The translations under genes and the position numbers were made by a program. DNA of 64,000 bases from Yuukianura sp. NJ FZ-2021 (Eukaryota): positions 14,074,001-14,138,000 of the forward strand of contig CM102290.1 of NCBI GenBank assembly GCA_046563655.1, given 5' to 3'. Below, one piece after another: positions 1 through 12,909 of this stretch. Position 1 is the first letter of the stretch; each line of letters begins with the position of its first letter. The notes under the pieces are model-generated. The model saw nothing but the letters and a program-made list of their open reading frames with translations, had not been told where the DNA came from and ran no database searches.

Positions 1-234
1 CATAGACACAACATAGTAACAACATAGTCACAACATAGCCACAACATAGGCAGAACATAGACACAACATAGTCACAACATAGCCACAACATAGGCAGAAC
101 ATAGACACAACATAGTAACAACATAGTCACAACATAGCCACAACATAGGCAGAACATAGACACAACATAGGCAGAACATAGACACAACATAGTAACAACA
201 TAGGCAGAACATAGTCGCAACATAGTCACAACAT
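1..234. repeat. 11-bp minisatellite (NNNNAACATAG) with higher-order organisation; runs off the window start
   Basis: About 21 units of five main variants (ACAC-, TAAC-, TCAC-, CCAC-, GCAG-AACATAG) read directly from the sequence. Confidence 0.95.
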
Positions 235-1659
235 TCGTGTATATATATTAATAGTAAAACATATATCACAGTTGTGAAATGAAAGTATCAAGTATTACAA
301 CATCAATAAGGTAATTTGCCGTAAAGTTCTAAGTAAGTAAGCTCTAAGTAAAAAGGTTATTAAATTCGTAACATCTTTGTGAACCACCTCTTTTTCTCAC
401 TTCCTCGCGGAGTTTACGGATTGGCCAACTTGAATGTGTTATAATATATTAAATTCAAATATTTTGTATTTATTTATTTATTTATTTTATATTATATCAT
501 TTCCTAGGCCTCAACTTGTGCCTGTGTGCCGTAACTGCCTGTGTAGAGGAATGGGAACCCATGAACCCTGGGTAAGGCCGTCTCACCTGTCAAGAATGAA
601 ATACTCCCTGCCCTTCCCTTCCTCTCATTGAAGAAGTTTGTGTTCAACTCCAACCCACGGCAAACTCCAAACAATTCAAAACTACCCTCCTTTAATAACT
701 TCTCCTTCCAAAATAAATTAATTCCAACGCTTAACATGGGGAACACTCATTTCAAATTCCCAGGAAAAAAGACTCCAGCAGAGATCACCATCAACTTCTC
801 AGTTCTCAGCCTCACAAAAACATATTCTCATTAACACAAAAACTAAATTTTCCAATTTGGGAAGAAAACATTTCATATCCTCTCAAAATTCTCATTTTTT
901 TCTTTACTCCAAACAACTCTTCCAATTATTTCGATATAATTACTTTTATTTTAACTTTTTTTTTTGTTGATACCAAATACATTTGTCATTACTCGAGAAA
1001 TTCGGATGCAGAACAGTCAAAACTCAACCTCAACTTTGAATAACTTTTGAAAAAAAGGAGTACGTGAACTTTTTTTGGTACTTTCACAACTTTTTTTTTT
1101 ATTAATTAGAATTACTTTAAGTTTTTGGTAAACAAGTCTCATATTCTAGGCTTTTTTAATGTTTTAGGAATATAAAAAGTAACCGCCGCTGATTTGATGT
1201 TTCTGAGTAATTACTTAATTAATTGCATAATTACCTAAGTAGTTAAGTGTAATTCAGTGTAATTCCACTTTCATGTCGATAAGGTGTACCACGGCGTGGG
1301 GTAATTGTTGGGATTTTACGGTACTCTTGAAATTTTGTCTCACACGGTGGAGGCGGGAAACCGCGAAATTTGAATTTGAAAATAATCATAACATAGCAGA
1401 AAAATTGAAAAAATAATGGAAATGTTAAAATCGGTTTCCAGTTCTCAGTGCTTCCAGTGTTTTGTACTAAAAAGTAATTCGTTTTTAGGTACTTTCGCGC
1501 TCGTTTGGAGAGGTCAAAGGTCAGAGGTACGGTTAACATTGTCGTTTTGTTGAGCTAATTAACCAATTAACGATTTACATTCACTGGCTTTTGTGTCTTG
1601 TTCGAAACATAGGTTTTTGGATATGACTTCTATCGTTTCCAATCTTGACGGCCTTGATC

Positions 1660-2911
1660 ATGCAGAACTTTGGCGGAAGTGAAATTTCGAGACTTGCTTG
1701 GCTAGAGTCCGAATTGAAGTTGAAGAATTTCGAATTGCAGAGAACGTCCCTGCTGCTTTTGGAATCGGAAGAGAAAGTGGTTGGTTTATCAAAAGACAAG
1801 GCCATCTTGGAAGAGAAACTACAAGTAACACATATGATTGTTGAGAAGTATTGCATTAATCAGGAAACTGTGTCATCTAACAAGTATTTTCTATCTGCAG
1901 ATTGTTAAGGAGGAGTACACAGTACTCAAATTAGAATCGGAGCACAAGCTTTCGCTACTGGATCGTCAAATCCAGGATCTCGGTGTCAAACTGAGTGTAT
2001 ACACTAAGCAGGAAGAAGATCTTGATGGAATCATCTTGGACAGCGCTACGTTGCCAGGTAACGAACAAAGAGCTGACGAGAGCCTCGGTGGTCAGCATCT
2101 AATAAACTTCGTCCAGGGAGGTAAATGGGTTGTGTGTTGTTCCTTTTCAGAATCCAGTTGTGCACAACGCCTAACTCTTGAATATGGTTCCAAAATTCCA
2201 ACAACTCCGCAAAGACGAATTCAGCAATCGGTGTCCTTAGCTCGGCAGTACGTTCTTTTTCAACTCTTTACTTTAGAACAGCACAATCTCATATTTTTTA
2301 ATCATAAACTAATTTTTAGGGTTCTGAGGTTAGAAAAACTGCACAATGACCTCAAGGCCACTCTGTTTGCAGAAAGAGACGAACGAAGGATTCTGGAAGA
2401 GGAGCTACATGAAGTCAAAGTAGCTCTCTCCCTGTCTGCATATCCGACTTGCGAACTGCTGGAACTGAATTGTCAGAAGGATCGCACCATTACCAAACTC
2501 CAGTCTCAACTGAAGAATGTCCAGGCCAAAGAAGCCAGTCTAAGAAGAGACGTGGCTATAATGAAACAGTACAAAGTGGATATCGAAAAGAGGCTTCAAG
2601 AGTGTATCAGTGCCAATGAAGCTTATCGTCGGTTCAAAGTTAAAAGTGATCGTGATCGTCGTCATTTCAAAACCAAAGTGAAATATGAAGTGGAAGGAGC
2701 AAGTCAACAAAATTCAGAAAATGTACGCAAGATTCAACTACCTTGGTCCATGACGTTACCTCGCACACAACTTTCGTCCGTTCTCAACGTCGACGATGTC
2801 AATAATGAGAGAAATGTCAATGTCAACGTCCACCACAACGTTCCTTCTGCTTTCAAAGTCAACCAGGCACTAACTCGTACAAAAATATTACCTCCACAAG
2901 TACCAAGTTAG
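1660..2911 (+). CDS. PIBF1: PIBF1/CEP90-like coiled-coil protein (C-terminal half only); exons ~1660-1823, 1901-2057, 2151-2247, 2320-2911
   Basis: Spliced product contains LEYGSKIPTTPQRRIQQSVSLAR(Q)VLRLEK, resembling PIBF1 [28 protein letters not shown], and ELKLKNFELQRTSLL resembling KLKSFESERVQLL; GT-AG sites; start codon uncertain. Confidence 0.7.
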
Positions 2912-3420
2912 TCAGCAATTTTCTAAGATATATTTTTAAATACCGCTTTGAATCAACTGAAATGATCTATATTTAAAAAAATATAAATCACAAATTTTTT
3001 TGAATATCACAAACGTTTTTGAAAACTAAAAATCGTACAATTTTCGTTTCTGTTAAGCTAACCTACGGAGTAGAGAATCTCAACTTAAAGAAAATAGAAA
3101 TGACAGTTGAGAAGAGATAACTTACTCCCTGTTTCCCTGTATGCAAATATTTGCAATTCTGCAAAGTTTTTCCTACTCAGAAACACATGACGTCACTTTA
3201 CGATTAGTGCAAAAAACGACAACTTGTCGACAGGGCCAAAACAAAAACGGAGTGTTTGGATTAGATCAGAGTTTTAGTTTCACTTTTGCAGTTTTGTGGT
3301 GACAGTTTGAATTTTTGTACACTCGGACGTTTTTCAGTAAGAACTTTAACTTTTTAAACTCTTTTTATACTTGAACACGTTTAATCCGATTTTTAATTAC
3401 TTTTTATTGTATTTTCAGAA

Positions 3421-4005
3421 ATGAGTGATCTACCATTTGAAACCAAGCGCTACGCAGTCGTTCGTGAAACGTGGCCACGGACTGGACATCACATTCTTGC
3501 CACTTACGACGACTCTAACATCATTGTCTACCAAGCATTCAACGATTCCATAGCAACCTATGCTGTTCAGAACCAAACCTTCATCAACTGTCCAGAGTAC
3601 AAGACAACTCGAATGACCTGGATCAAAACCAACTTCCTCTGGATGATGTATCGATCTGGATGGGCTACCAAGTCTAACCAAACTCAAATCCTTGCTATTA
3701 CGATCAAGAGGGACGGATTTGAGCAGATTCTGCGCCACGTTGCTCTGTCCAACGTTAGACTGCAATGGGATCCAGATCATGATCCAGTAGGAACAAATAA
3801 GCCCAGAAGAGCAATTCAACTTGGGATTAAAAACAAAATTCTGGATCGGTTTCTTACCGAGTGGATAGTGAAGATCGATAACATTACGCCTTTTGTGGTA
3901 GAACAGCGCCGGTTAATTAAAACTGATCGGCTGTTGGTTCCTTATGAGAAAGTTTATAACTTGAAAGACAAATCTCTGGCTAATGTTATTCAATTAACTA
4001 GATGA
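3421..4005 (+). CDS. DUF4291-family protein, uninterrupted CDS (194 aa)
   Basis: Family motifs IIVYQAF, RMTWIKTNFLWMMYRSGWATK, VRLQWDPDHD, RRAIQLG; probable 5'UTR intron 3337-3418 (GTAAGA...TTTTCAG). Confidence 0.85.
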   Translation: MSDLPFETKRYAVVRETWPRTGHHILATYDDSNIIVYQAFNDSIATYAVQNQTFINCPEYKTTRMTWIKTNFLWMMYRSGWATKSNQTQILAITIKRDGFEQILRHVALSNVRLQWDPDHDPVGTNKPRRAIQLGIKNKILDRFLTEWIVKIDNITPFVVEQRRLIKTDRLLVPYEKVYNLKDKSLANVIQLTR

Positions 4006-4390
4006 AAACATAACTGATGTATAATGAAATTCACCTTTACTAAACATAATCTAACATAGAATGAAAATAAGATATTTTATTTTGAAAACAGAATTTGAAC
4101 AGCGAAAAAGTTGAAACGACTATTTACATGATCAGCGACTGGTAGGGAATGTAAGGAATTTTTTTTCATGTACTCAACCTTTCCTGTAATGAAATTTTCA
4201 TGTAACGAAATTCTTGGAATCTTCGCGGAAAGACTGCATGTAACGAGATTCTTTCATGTAAGGGAATGTTTTGATGTAAGGATTTCATGAAACGCTATTT
4301 TTTACGTAAATGTCGATTTGCGTCGGATAATCGACATGAGAATTTCGAGAAACGTTATGTTAATGATATAAAGTAAAGAAGTAGATACAA

Positions 4391-5083
4391 TTAATTGACT
4401 AGATTGGCTTGTGGGATGAAGGGATTACTGCAATTAGGAGTGTTGATTGTCCGAGGTGCGAAGCAGTGAGGTAGGAGTTCTGCCAGCGATGTGACTCCGA
4501 TTGTCTTCGTATTTGGATTGTGCAAGTAGATTTTGATCTCTGGATTAAATTCTGCCAAAAATTGGCGACAGGCTCCACACGGAGAGGTGAGCGCTTCTCC
4601 CATGACGGCACTCACAGCGATCGCTTCAAATTCTTTATGCCCTTCGGATACAGCCTGAAACAAACAGGGGAAAACTGATAGGTTTTGGGTGCAATTCCAT
4701 GCAGTTAGATTAATCATGGTAATCAGTGAATTCTTAACCTTGACAACAGCAGTTCTTTCGGCACATATTGTGAGACCGAATGACAAGTTCTCAACGTTGC
4801 ATCCAGTGAAGACAGTTCCGTCTTTACACAGGAGTGCAGCTCCTACACGGAATTGACTGTATGCACAATACGCCATGGCTCGAGCAGCGTCACTTTGGGC
4901 TACCAAGGACTCAACGGTTGCGTCCCCTGCAAATAACAAAAATCAGAAACCAGTTGAAGATGGAATTAATCGAGTACCGTCACGTTATTAACGCAACAAT
5001 TCCTTACCAATTTCGGCCAACTTCGTTTCTAGCATTGCGGGTGAGTTTTGTGCAGGGGTGCAGACGATTGGCGAAGGCGGCAT
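4391..5083 (-). CDS. CDA: Cytidine deaminase (tetrameric type), ~175 aa; exons 5083-5008, 4926-4739, 4654-4391
   Basis: AYCAYSQFRVGAALL, GCNVEN, CAERTAV and zinc motif PCGACRQ; splice phases consistent. Confidence 0.93.
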
Positions 5084-6562
5084 TAGGATAAGGCTGCTGG
5101 CCTGAAATCAATGAAAATCGGTGGATAATTGGCAAAGTCGTAGTTATGTCGTATTTCAACTTTAGTAGAGCTTGCCTGTAGTAGCCTTTGGAAGTTCGGT
5201 TTGACCAGAGGGAGGGTAACTATGTCTTGAGCCAGTATTTATCGTTAAATTCCAGTTGAGAAATGGAGTAATCATAAGCCTTAATCCTCTTTACTTATTA
5301 ACGCCTGCTATTTATCTTGTTCAGTCCAAACTCCAAAGTATTTCCACATCCTCGACGGGAGATCTGTCCACAGTTTGAAGCTTAATCTAAAAATATGGCG
5401 TAGAATCATTTATGGAAACAAAAGGCTTTACTAGCTACGATGTTGTATCTGATCAAACAAAAAAACAAAACATCAGGCTTCCACAAACGACGAGTCAACA
5501 TCATGCAGGTAAGTAAAGTATTGCCCAAGGCCCCGAACAACATTAGGTAAATATCAATACTGCACTGCAACCGACGGCTAGCCATTAGGTACCACGTCTA
5601 AATATATGGCAAACACCATCATCGGGTTCAAATTTTTCAGGTAAATCGTTGAAAACGAATCACAAACGTCGACAAGGTGACGTCCGATCCAGGTGCACGC
5701 ATCTAAGCAAAAACGACGTATCAGGTTACATGTGATACTGATAAGTAGTGAAAACTTATACTAAACATTGTAATATTAGGTATTACAAGATTACAACTCC
5801 TACGCATTAAACTTACCACACAACAGACAGTTGCATTGCAGGTCCTACGCCTACCATACCAGAAACGGTTTCTAGACGTGTGAACCTACCGTACCAAAAA
5901 CGAATTCTGGACGTCGGTACCAGAAACGAGGACAGCTAGAGCTAATTACCATTTAACTTAAACTTAAATACCATAACAAAAAACAAACATTACTGTTTTG
6001 TTTACTAACCAAACTCTTGCAGAAACAGAGGCTCCAACCAAACGGAATCCGCGGTTTTTTCTTAAGAATTCTCTAGGATTCATGATATTTTCATGTATGT
6101 CGCAATTTTTGTTAAGAATTTTCTAGTAATCACGACATTTTTTGCATGATCTGTCGAGATTGTTTTAATTCCAGTCAAACACGATAGTAGTAGTACATAA
6201 TGATGTTAATTTAATAATGAAAATAACAAAAAATTAATTAAACAGAACAGAACTGACGAAAAAACTATACAGGAAGTTGTATTGTAATTTTGAAATTGAA
6301 GATTTTGAAAATGAAGATGTAAAAACCAAAAAATTAAAAATGATTTTGTTTCGTTGATTACGGCACATGCGTTTTTGAGAACACTTTGTTCACAACTTTG
6401 AACTGAACTGTTTCCATTTTGTTCCATGACTATAAGATGGTAGTGATTGTATGAGTATATAAGTAATGTAGTTGCACTTAAAATGTATACAAAAATAATT
6501 AAATCGATTATAACAAGAATATAAATCTTTTGACAAGTTCCATTTAAGCTTCCAGTTTTGTT

Positions 6563-8116
6563 TCAATTTGAGGCAAGATTTGTTAACTTGGCGGCAGTCG
6601 ATGAGAGTCCAGACTTAGAGTGATCTCTGAAACAGTCCGTGTTTGATCCAGGATGAAGTGGACTTCCGTAGCTTTGCCACAACGCAACGGCTTCATTCAC
6701 AACCAACTCAAATGTGGCATCAGTCAACTGGAAATCACAAATCAAAATAGGAATTTTTTCAAAATTTCGAAACCGAATTCTCGGAGTTTTACGGAAACTC
6801 ACCTGCTTTGTACATTCAATCAGTTTTTGAACCGAAGTGAGTTGGAAGATTGAGTTTCGGATTTTGTGCAGGAGACAGAGCATGACAAAGATCATGTAAA
6901 TTGACGATCCACCAATCAATTTATCCCAGACGCTGTGACAAATCAAGTCAAAACAAAATTTCATTTGATGATGTAAAAATTCGTATTTTTTGACAATTTT
7001 CATTAGTTACCGCTGAAGAGCGATTCCAGGGAGCAAAGCCAGCAGTGCATTTTCGTACCACGTCTCCAGGGGCAACTTGCTCCAAATGTCATTGTCTACC
7101 AGGTACCTGGAGAAGTTCAAATCATCAATTAACTCCAGTAATCCAATTAATTGTGACTAAAATTAGTTGTCCAGGGTGTTGGACAAAAGAGAAGTAAAAA
7201 TAGACGTACTGATGGAGCTTCTCATCTTCTTTCAGCAGCACTTTGTCCGTGTAAGTAGCTAAAGTCTTGAGGAAGGGCCTGAAGGACAGAACGAGGTCAA
7301 AGAAGCCTTTGCTGATCCAGTACAAGTCGGCCTCCGACTCGGATGCCATGCAAAACAGGGCTTCACAGATTCTCATGAAGATCAAACTGTCGTGGCTTTC
7401 CAACTGCAACACAAGAAAAAAACGTCTAGAAAACTGACAAAGAATTTCAAAAAGTTGTTTTTGCTGACTTTGAACTTGAACTGATCTTGAATCTCTAACT
7501 TTACACTCGCTTGTGTTTCAACCAAGAATAACGGAATGATTGTGCTTTTTCAAAACTTTGTTTGGCAAAATGCCAGAAACACGAACGCTGACTGGTTAAT
7601 TAGTTAAAGGCTGATTAATTAGGTTGTCTCACTTGTTTCTGGTAATTGAGCTTCAGATGTCCATTTTCCAGTGCACGCATGAGAACAAAAATTTGAGACT
7701 TGGTAAACAATTGGGGGTTGTACAGTTGGAGGAGGCGCAGGTTGTAGACTAGATCATCAAAAACTTCCTTGCGTTGTTCCTCTACGAAGTCCCACATTTG
7801 ACGAATTGTTGGCAAAACATCTAGAAATGAACAAACAATTGATTAGTTATGTTAATTAAGCTAAACTAATTCCATAACTTATGATTAACTAGTGGCGTCC
7901 ATCCAAATCCAGAAAGTTATGCTAACCTAGTAGAATGGAGTAGATCACTTTTCGGTAAGTATTCGGCACAGTGAATCTCAGCGTAAAGTGTGTCAACTTC
8001 TTCTTGTCAATTGGACTCTCCTTGAACAGAATCTCCAGTGACTTTTTTTCCTCCACGGCCCGAAATCCAACTTTTTCGTAATAGTAAGACCGAAAGTTCC
8101 TGTTTTTGTCCTCCAT
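6563..8116 (-). CDS. TBC1D7: TBC1 domain family member 7 (TSC complex subunit); ~6 exons
   Basis: N-terminus RNFRSYYYEKVGFRAVEEKKSLEIL is diagnostic; VWDKLIGGS; exons ~8116-7927, 7820-7633, 7403-7210, 7106-7011, 6933-6802, 6727-6563. Confidence 0.92.
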
Positions 8117-8913
8117 CTTCCATGCTCTCTTGGATCCTCCTTGTTCCTAGAAACAACAAATTAAAAGTTCAGTCTCCATAAGTTTATATGATTAATTGAG
8201 TAAATCAATTACAAACTGCATTGGCATGACACGCCCAGGCCTTGTTTCTCCCAAATTCTGCATCTAGGGTGTACAAAATACAACAAATTATTAGTCAAAT
8301 GACCTTGGATTGGCAAATTATGGTCAGGATTAAGGAACAACAATTGAAAAGTTGTTCCTGAGCAGGAATACTGTCCTTCCTAAGGAGAAGTTGAATTGGT
8401 TCTACCTTGTTCCAGAAAGTTGACGACATCCTCGTCTACTTTGGTGTCAAAAATCATTACTACCTCAAATTAATGACGATCAGTTAATCAATACTACCAA
8501 AATAACTCTTGTTTACCTTCGTCTACAAGTAGTCGTTGCCTTCATGTCACCACTTCCACTCTCACTTCATGTTTTTGGAAACTTCCCCAAAATTAATTAA
8601 AAACTAACAGAAAACGTTTGTCTATGCCGAAAATCCTGATCCATCGATCAGGTCCTTCTGAGTTCTGATACGTTAATCGTAAAAGGAGTGTAACATTACG
8701 CTGGGCGATACTAAAACGGTACCATCCGATTGGATTTGAAAGAATTCCAATGTCTCATACTATCCAATTTTTTCCTGGAACTTGACCAAAACCGAATTCC
8801 TGACAACGGGGAGACGAATCCAAAAATAAAAAACCGAATCAGATGACTTGGAAATGTGGCTCCTCTAGTCAAACGAGCGCTGTTCTAAATTCTGTTCTAA
8901 AACTTGTTAAAAA

Positions 8914-8974
8914 CTTACCGCCAGTATCTCACAGTCTTACCGCCAGTATCTCACAGTCTTACCGTCAGTATCTC
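8914..8974. repeat. 22-bp tandem repeat, ~2.8 copies (CTTACCGCCAGTATCTCACAGT)
   Basis: Direct reading; each unit carries a minus-strand G|GTAAG donor. Confidence 0.9.
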
Positions 8975-11584
8975 TTAGATGATCACAGTCAATTGTCAAA
9001 TTAGCACCAAATTGGAGGAAGTGATTGGAGGATTTCGTTGTGTCGACGACCGCAGAACAGATTTGAGTTACGTCGTCCGTCGTCACTTGTCCAGTTGCAG
9101 CTACTACGACAAATGGAGTACTAGTATCTGTTCTGTCGTGTGGTGACGGATCGGTTGTCAGTGGCCCATTGTGTGAAGAAGTAGTTGGTGACACGGGTCA
9201 TGGGCAGGGTCACTGACAGTTGTTGGGGGAACTGGAAACTGATCTCACCCGACGGACGGAGGGGAACAGCGGGTGAGCTCCGTCTTTTCCTTCACTCTAA
9301 CTTAAGCCTAGTAAAAGCACAAGATCAATTCAATTACTTTGCCACACAACATAGTACGAGTAACAAATTGGGATAGGAAATTGTTTCCAACTTGCTCAAA
9401 CCGTGGCACAAAAGTAGCGATAGTTAGATACATAAGATGGGTTAGTTTAAGTACACGACGTAATAATGTCAATTCCTTCTCTGAAAATTGTAACATTGAT
9501 TTATAATTAATATAATCACTTACTGTAAGGTTCAGAACAACAGAATAGTCTGTAACTTATGAAATGGGCAAAATACAATACAAATTACAATTGCATAAAA
9601 GGCGGGAAATTCCAGTCCTAACGCGTCGTATATTTTATAATAAGTATAAACCCGGCATTTTTTGAAGTTGCGTATGGTTTACACAATTTATTTATTATTA
9701 GTTTTTTATATTCTAAGCTAAAAATTATTATTTCTACTCCCGTTTGTACAATATCCATTTGTTTTGTATTTTGCTCATTTTATAAGTTACAAACTCTTCT
9801 TCAATGGCAATTTGTGAATTATTTTCAAAGGTTAAAAAAAAACACGACGACGGCCGGACAGACAGACTGACAGAGCGATGTGATTTCATTAAATGTACTT
9901 CTTGAGCAATTTGGGAGCACGTGGTTGTTAAGTGGTGGCATGAGGAGGTGGACAATGGACCTTCTCAACCGCATAGTACGCTACTCCATGGACACAGGAA
10001 TCATTGTTTGACCTCAATTCAATTAACATAACCAACCTAACCTAAAATTAGCCTAATCAACATCATACCTACTTACGTTTTTACGGCCTAAAACCACAAT
10101 TCATCCACACCTAAACTTAAGCAGTATCGGATTCAATTGAAATGTAAACTGTTTCCAGTACATTTTTTTATGTTAGGTACGTTTCAGTTGCAGTTTTCAG
10201 TTAACCGCTGCAGCAATTGTCACTTGCACTTTATGTCCATTGTTCACAATTTTAACTAGTAAATCAATCAATTGACGCAATTTGTAAAACATCATTTTTC
10301 ATGAAATGGTGATAAAAGTTCCGTTTTTCAAGTATTATCTCCGTCACTAACCAATTCAAAGTGGAATTTAGTTTCCGCAGTATACATAACAGTAGAGTTA
10401 GCATAAAACCTAACCTAATGTTGCCAGAAATCAAGTTAGGTGAGGCGCCAGCGGAACTTTTCTCAATTAATTTTAACCATAATTAACTTTAATTTGACTT
10501 TAATTGACGATTAGTCAAACTTTATTACTAACCAGCGCATGAACCACCATGACCTAGCAAAAAACGAGACAATCGACGCAGTATAGAAACCGATTAGTTA
10601 AGCAAAAAAAATCAGCGTTGGAGTCAATATTTACTTTACAATTTCAATTCAAACTTTCCAAAAAGGATTGTTTGCATTTAAAACGATTTTTTTTGCGTCT
10701 GACTCTGATTATTTTTGAAAGCGTTTCCAACTGGATCAATTTTACACACGATTTTCCATTTTCATTTTTTTTTATTTCCAACTTTCATTTTGTGTCAACA
10801 GGACGTCAAACGTTGAGATTAGATTAAAACGTATTGTTTGCATTACGTGTAGTACTACACGTATTTTTAGAAATTCATACAAAATACTTTCGTATTTTGA
10901 AAAACGCAGTTTCAAAAAAAAAATTAGATTTTTGATCTTGTCTAATTTGGTAAACATTTGTTGCTGTTTATGATAATTTCAAAAGTGAAATTATTGTTGT
11001 TTGTTTAGGCAAAATTTTTCTAAAAACGGCACATTCGGCCTCTGTCAAGTTTAAAACTTTCACTTTTTTCAAAAATTTTGTTTTGATGTTTCGACATTGA
11101 AGGTTGTTGGGCGTGGAAAATCTTGAGAGAGAGTTTGAGGAAATTGGTTTGAAATTTGAAATTTTGAGATTTCGTCATTTTCTAATTTGTACTTTGAACT
11201 AAATGCGCATCAAAATTTGGAAGTTAACGACATCGTATTTTGATTAAAGTTTTGATCGGCGTTAATCCCATGACATTTATCATTTTGATGAGGATGAGAC
11301 GCCTGTTATAGGACGTCATAAAAAGTGTCATAAAAATTCCACTTGAAAGTTAAAATTGAGCAAATATGAAATGAAATTCATCGAAAAAGTAAAAAATGAC
11401 ACTGACCAAACTTCCTGGACTTTTCTCGGAAATTAACTTATCTCTGACCTTGCGCAACTTCTACCTTAACCCCAATTCGTCACAAACCTGACCTTGACAT
11501 AATTCTCAATTTGTACTAACCTAGCTTAACCAAAAGTACGCCTTACATATCTTTACGTAACTTTGTATCTTAGCAGGCCATAAG

Positions 11585-11746
11585 TAGAGATGCCAAAAAT
11601 ATTTAGCTTCCATGCCTCTAGTCTTAACAGAATCAATATTTCGGCTCTATTTGTTACTAAATATTTATTTATTTACCCCTGTCCTTAATATATTGTATTT
11701 ACTTAAATATTTCGCTGGTTTTTAGTAAATATTTTTGGCATGTCTC
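11585..11746. mobile_element. Short hAT-like MITE (family A, copy 1)
   Basis: ~20-bp terminal inverted repeat AGAGATGCCAAAAATATTTA / TAAATATTTTTGGCATGTCT (1 mismatch); ends resemble those of 57774-58068. Confidence 0.7.
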
Positions 11747-11752
11747 GTCATA

Positions 11753-11865
11753 ACCGACAATCCAATAAGCGACAATCAGAAACCGCCAATTTCAAAAACC
11801 GACAATCCAATAAGCGACAATCAGAAACCGCCAATTTCAAAAACCGACAATCCAATAAGCGCCAA
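11753..11865. repeat. 45-bp tandem repeat (~2.5 copies) built from ~15-bp subunits
   Basis: ACCGACAATCCAATAAGCGACAATCAGAAACCGCCAATTTCAAAA repeated. Confidence 0.9.
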
Positions 11866-12909
11866 TGCTAAGAAAACACAATTTCAAAAATCTACAATCC
11901 TAAAATCGACAATTTCAAAATCTTTAGAAAACAAAAATAATTTTTTTTAATACAAAATTAAAGCGCCCGCGAAATCTGGAACGACGTGACCTCTTGACCT
12001 TTGAATCACTTTTCTCTTGTAGATTTATTACTTTCTGTGTCGGCTACGCCTTAAAACCTCTGAGTAACTAGTGTGTGAGTTATGGTCATATGAGGTTAGG
12101 TTAAAGTTGCGTGGATTTTCCAGACAAAGTAAAACGTTATAGTCTACACCCTAACGTTAGTCACAATCTTCCCGCCCTTCATCCTGTCCAGAAACTTTTC
12201 CGTTCTGGAGCTAAAGTGGACTCAGCATATGCACATTATCACTTTGACGTTGACATGATATGAAAAATGATGCACTGACATGACCCGTCCCGTTGACAGG
12301 TTAGGACTTTTTTCTAGCTAGTTGCGTCATATGGAGATTAACTTAACGACTTCGCACTCTATTAACTTGTTTCAACTCTTTTTAATATCAATCGGCACGT
12401 ACTCTCCATTTACCAAAGAAAAAATTGCGAAAGTTTCACAAAAAAGTTGCAAAAATGACATTTTCGTTATGTGGAAAACGTTCAAAAAACTGTTTAACTT
12501 AAAAAAATGACATGCACGGAGTAACACGGAATGCAAAAATTGCATACAAAAAATCTATTTGCAAAAATTGCATTTTGTGCAGTTTGCATCTTTTTTTTTT
12601 GTTTCTGCAAATCGCGTCCAATCTTGTGTTAGAGTGACACGCTTTTTGCAAATTGCAAACTCGCCTTCCTCATCCTCCCTTATTTGCATGATTTTTTTTG
12701 CACAGTTCATTGTTGCAAACCCAGTTTCTGCGAATCCATTTTTGCACAGAGACCTAGATCTACATTTGGCAAGGTCAATGAACTCAGGAAGCACAATGGA
12801 TAAGGTTGATCTGACAACCAATGTTAACGTAGTAGTAGGTCACGTGACCTCATTTGGTTTAAGGTCAACGCAGAGGAGTGGGTTTCTGGTCTGTGCAAAA
12901 CCAAGAGTC

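Noticed and set aside
1..234. CRISPR-like array or Cys-rich ORF 72..269
   Set aside because: No unique spacers; the ORF is a translation of the minisatellite
434..834. Possible terminal exon of an upstream gene (PQLVPVCRNCLCRG...)
   Set aside because: An acceptor-like site is present but there is no recognisable homology, so it cannot be supported
8937..9194. Thr-rich 85-aa minus-strand ORF
   Set aside because: GTG start just after an in-frame stop and no recognisable domain; probably TBC1D7 5'UTR or promoter
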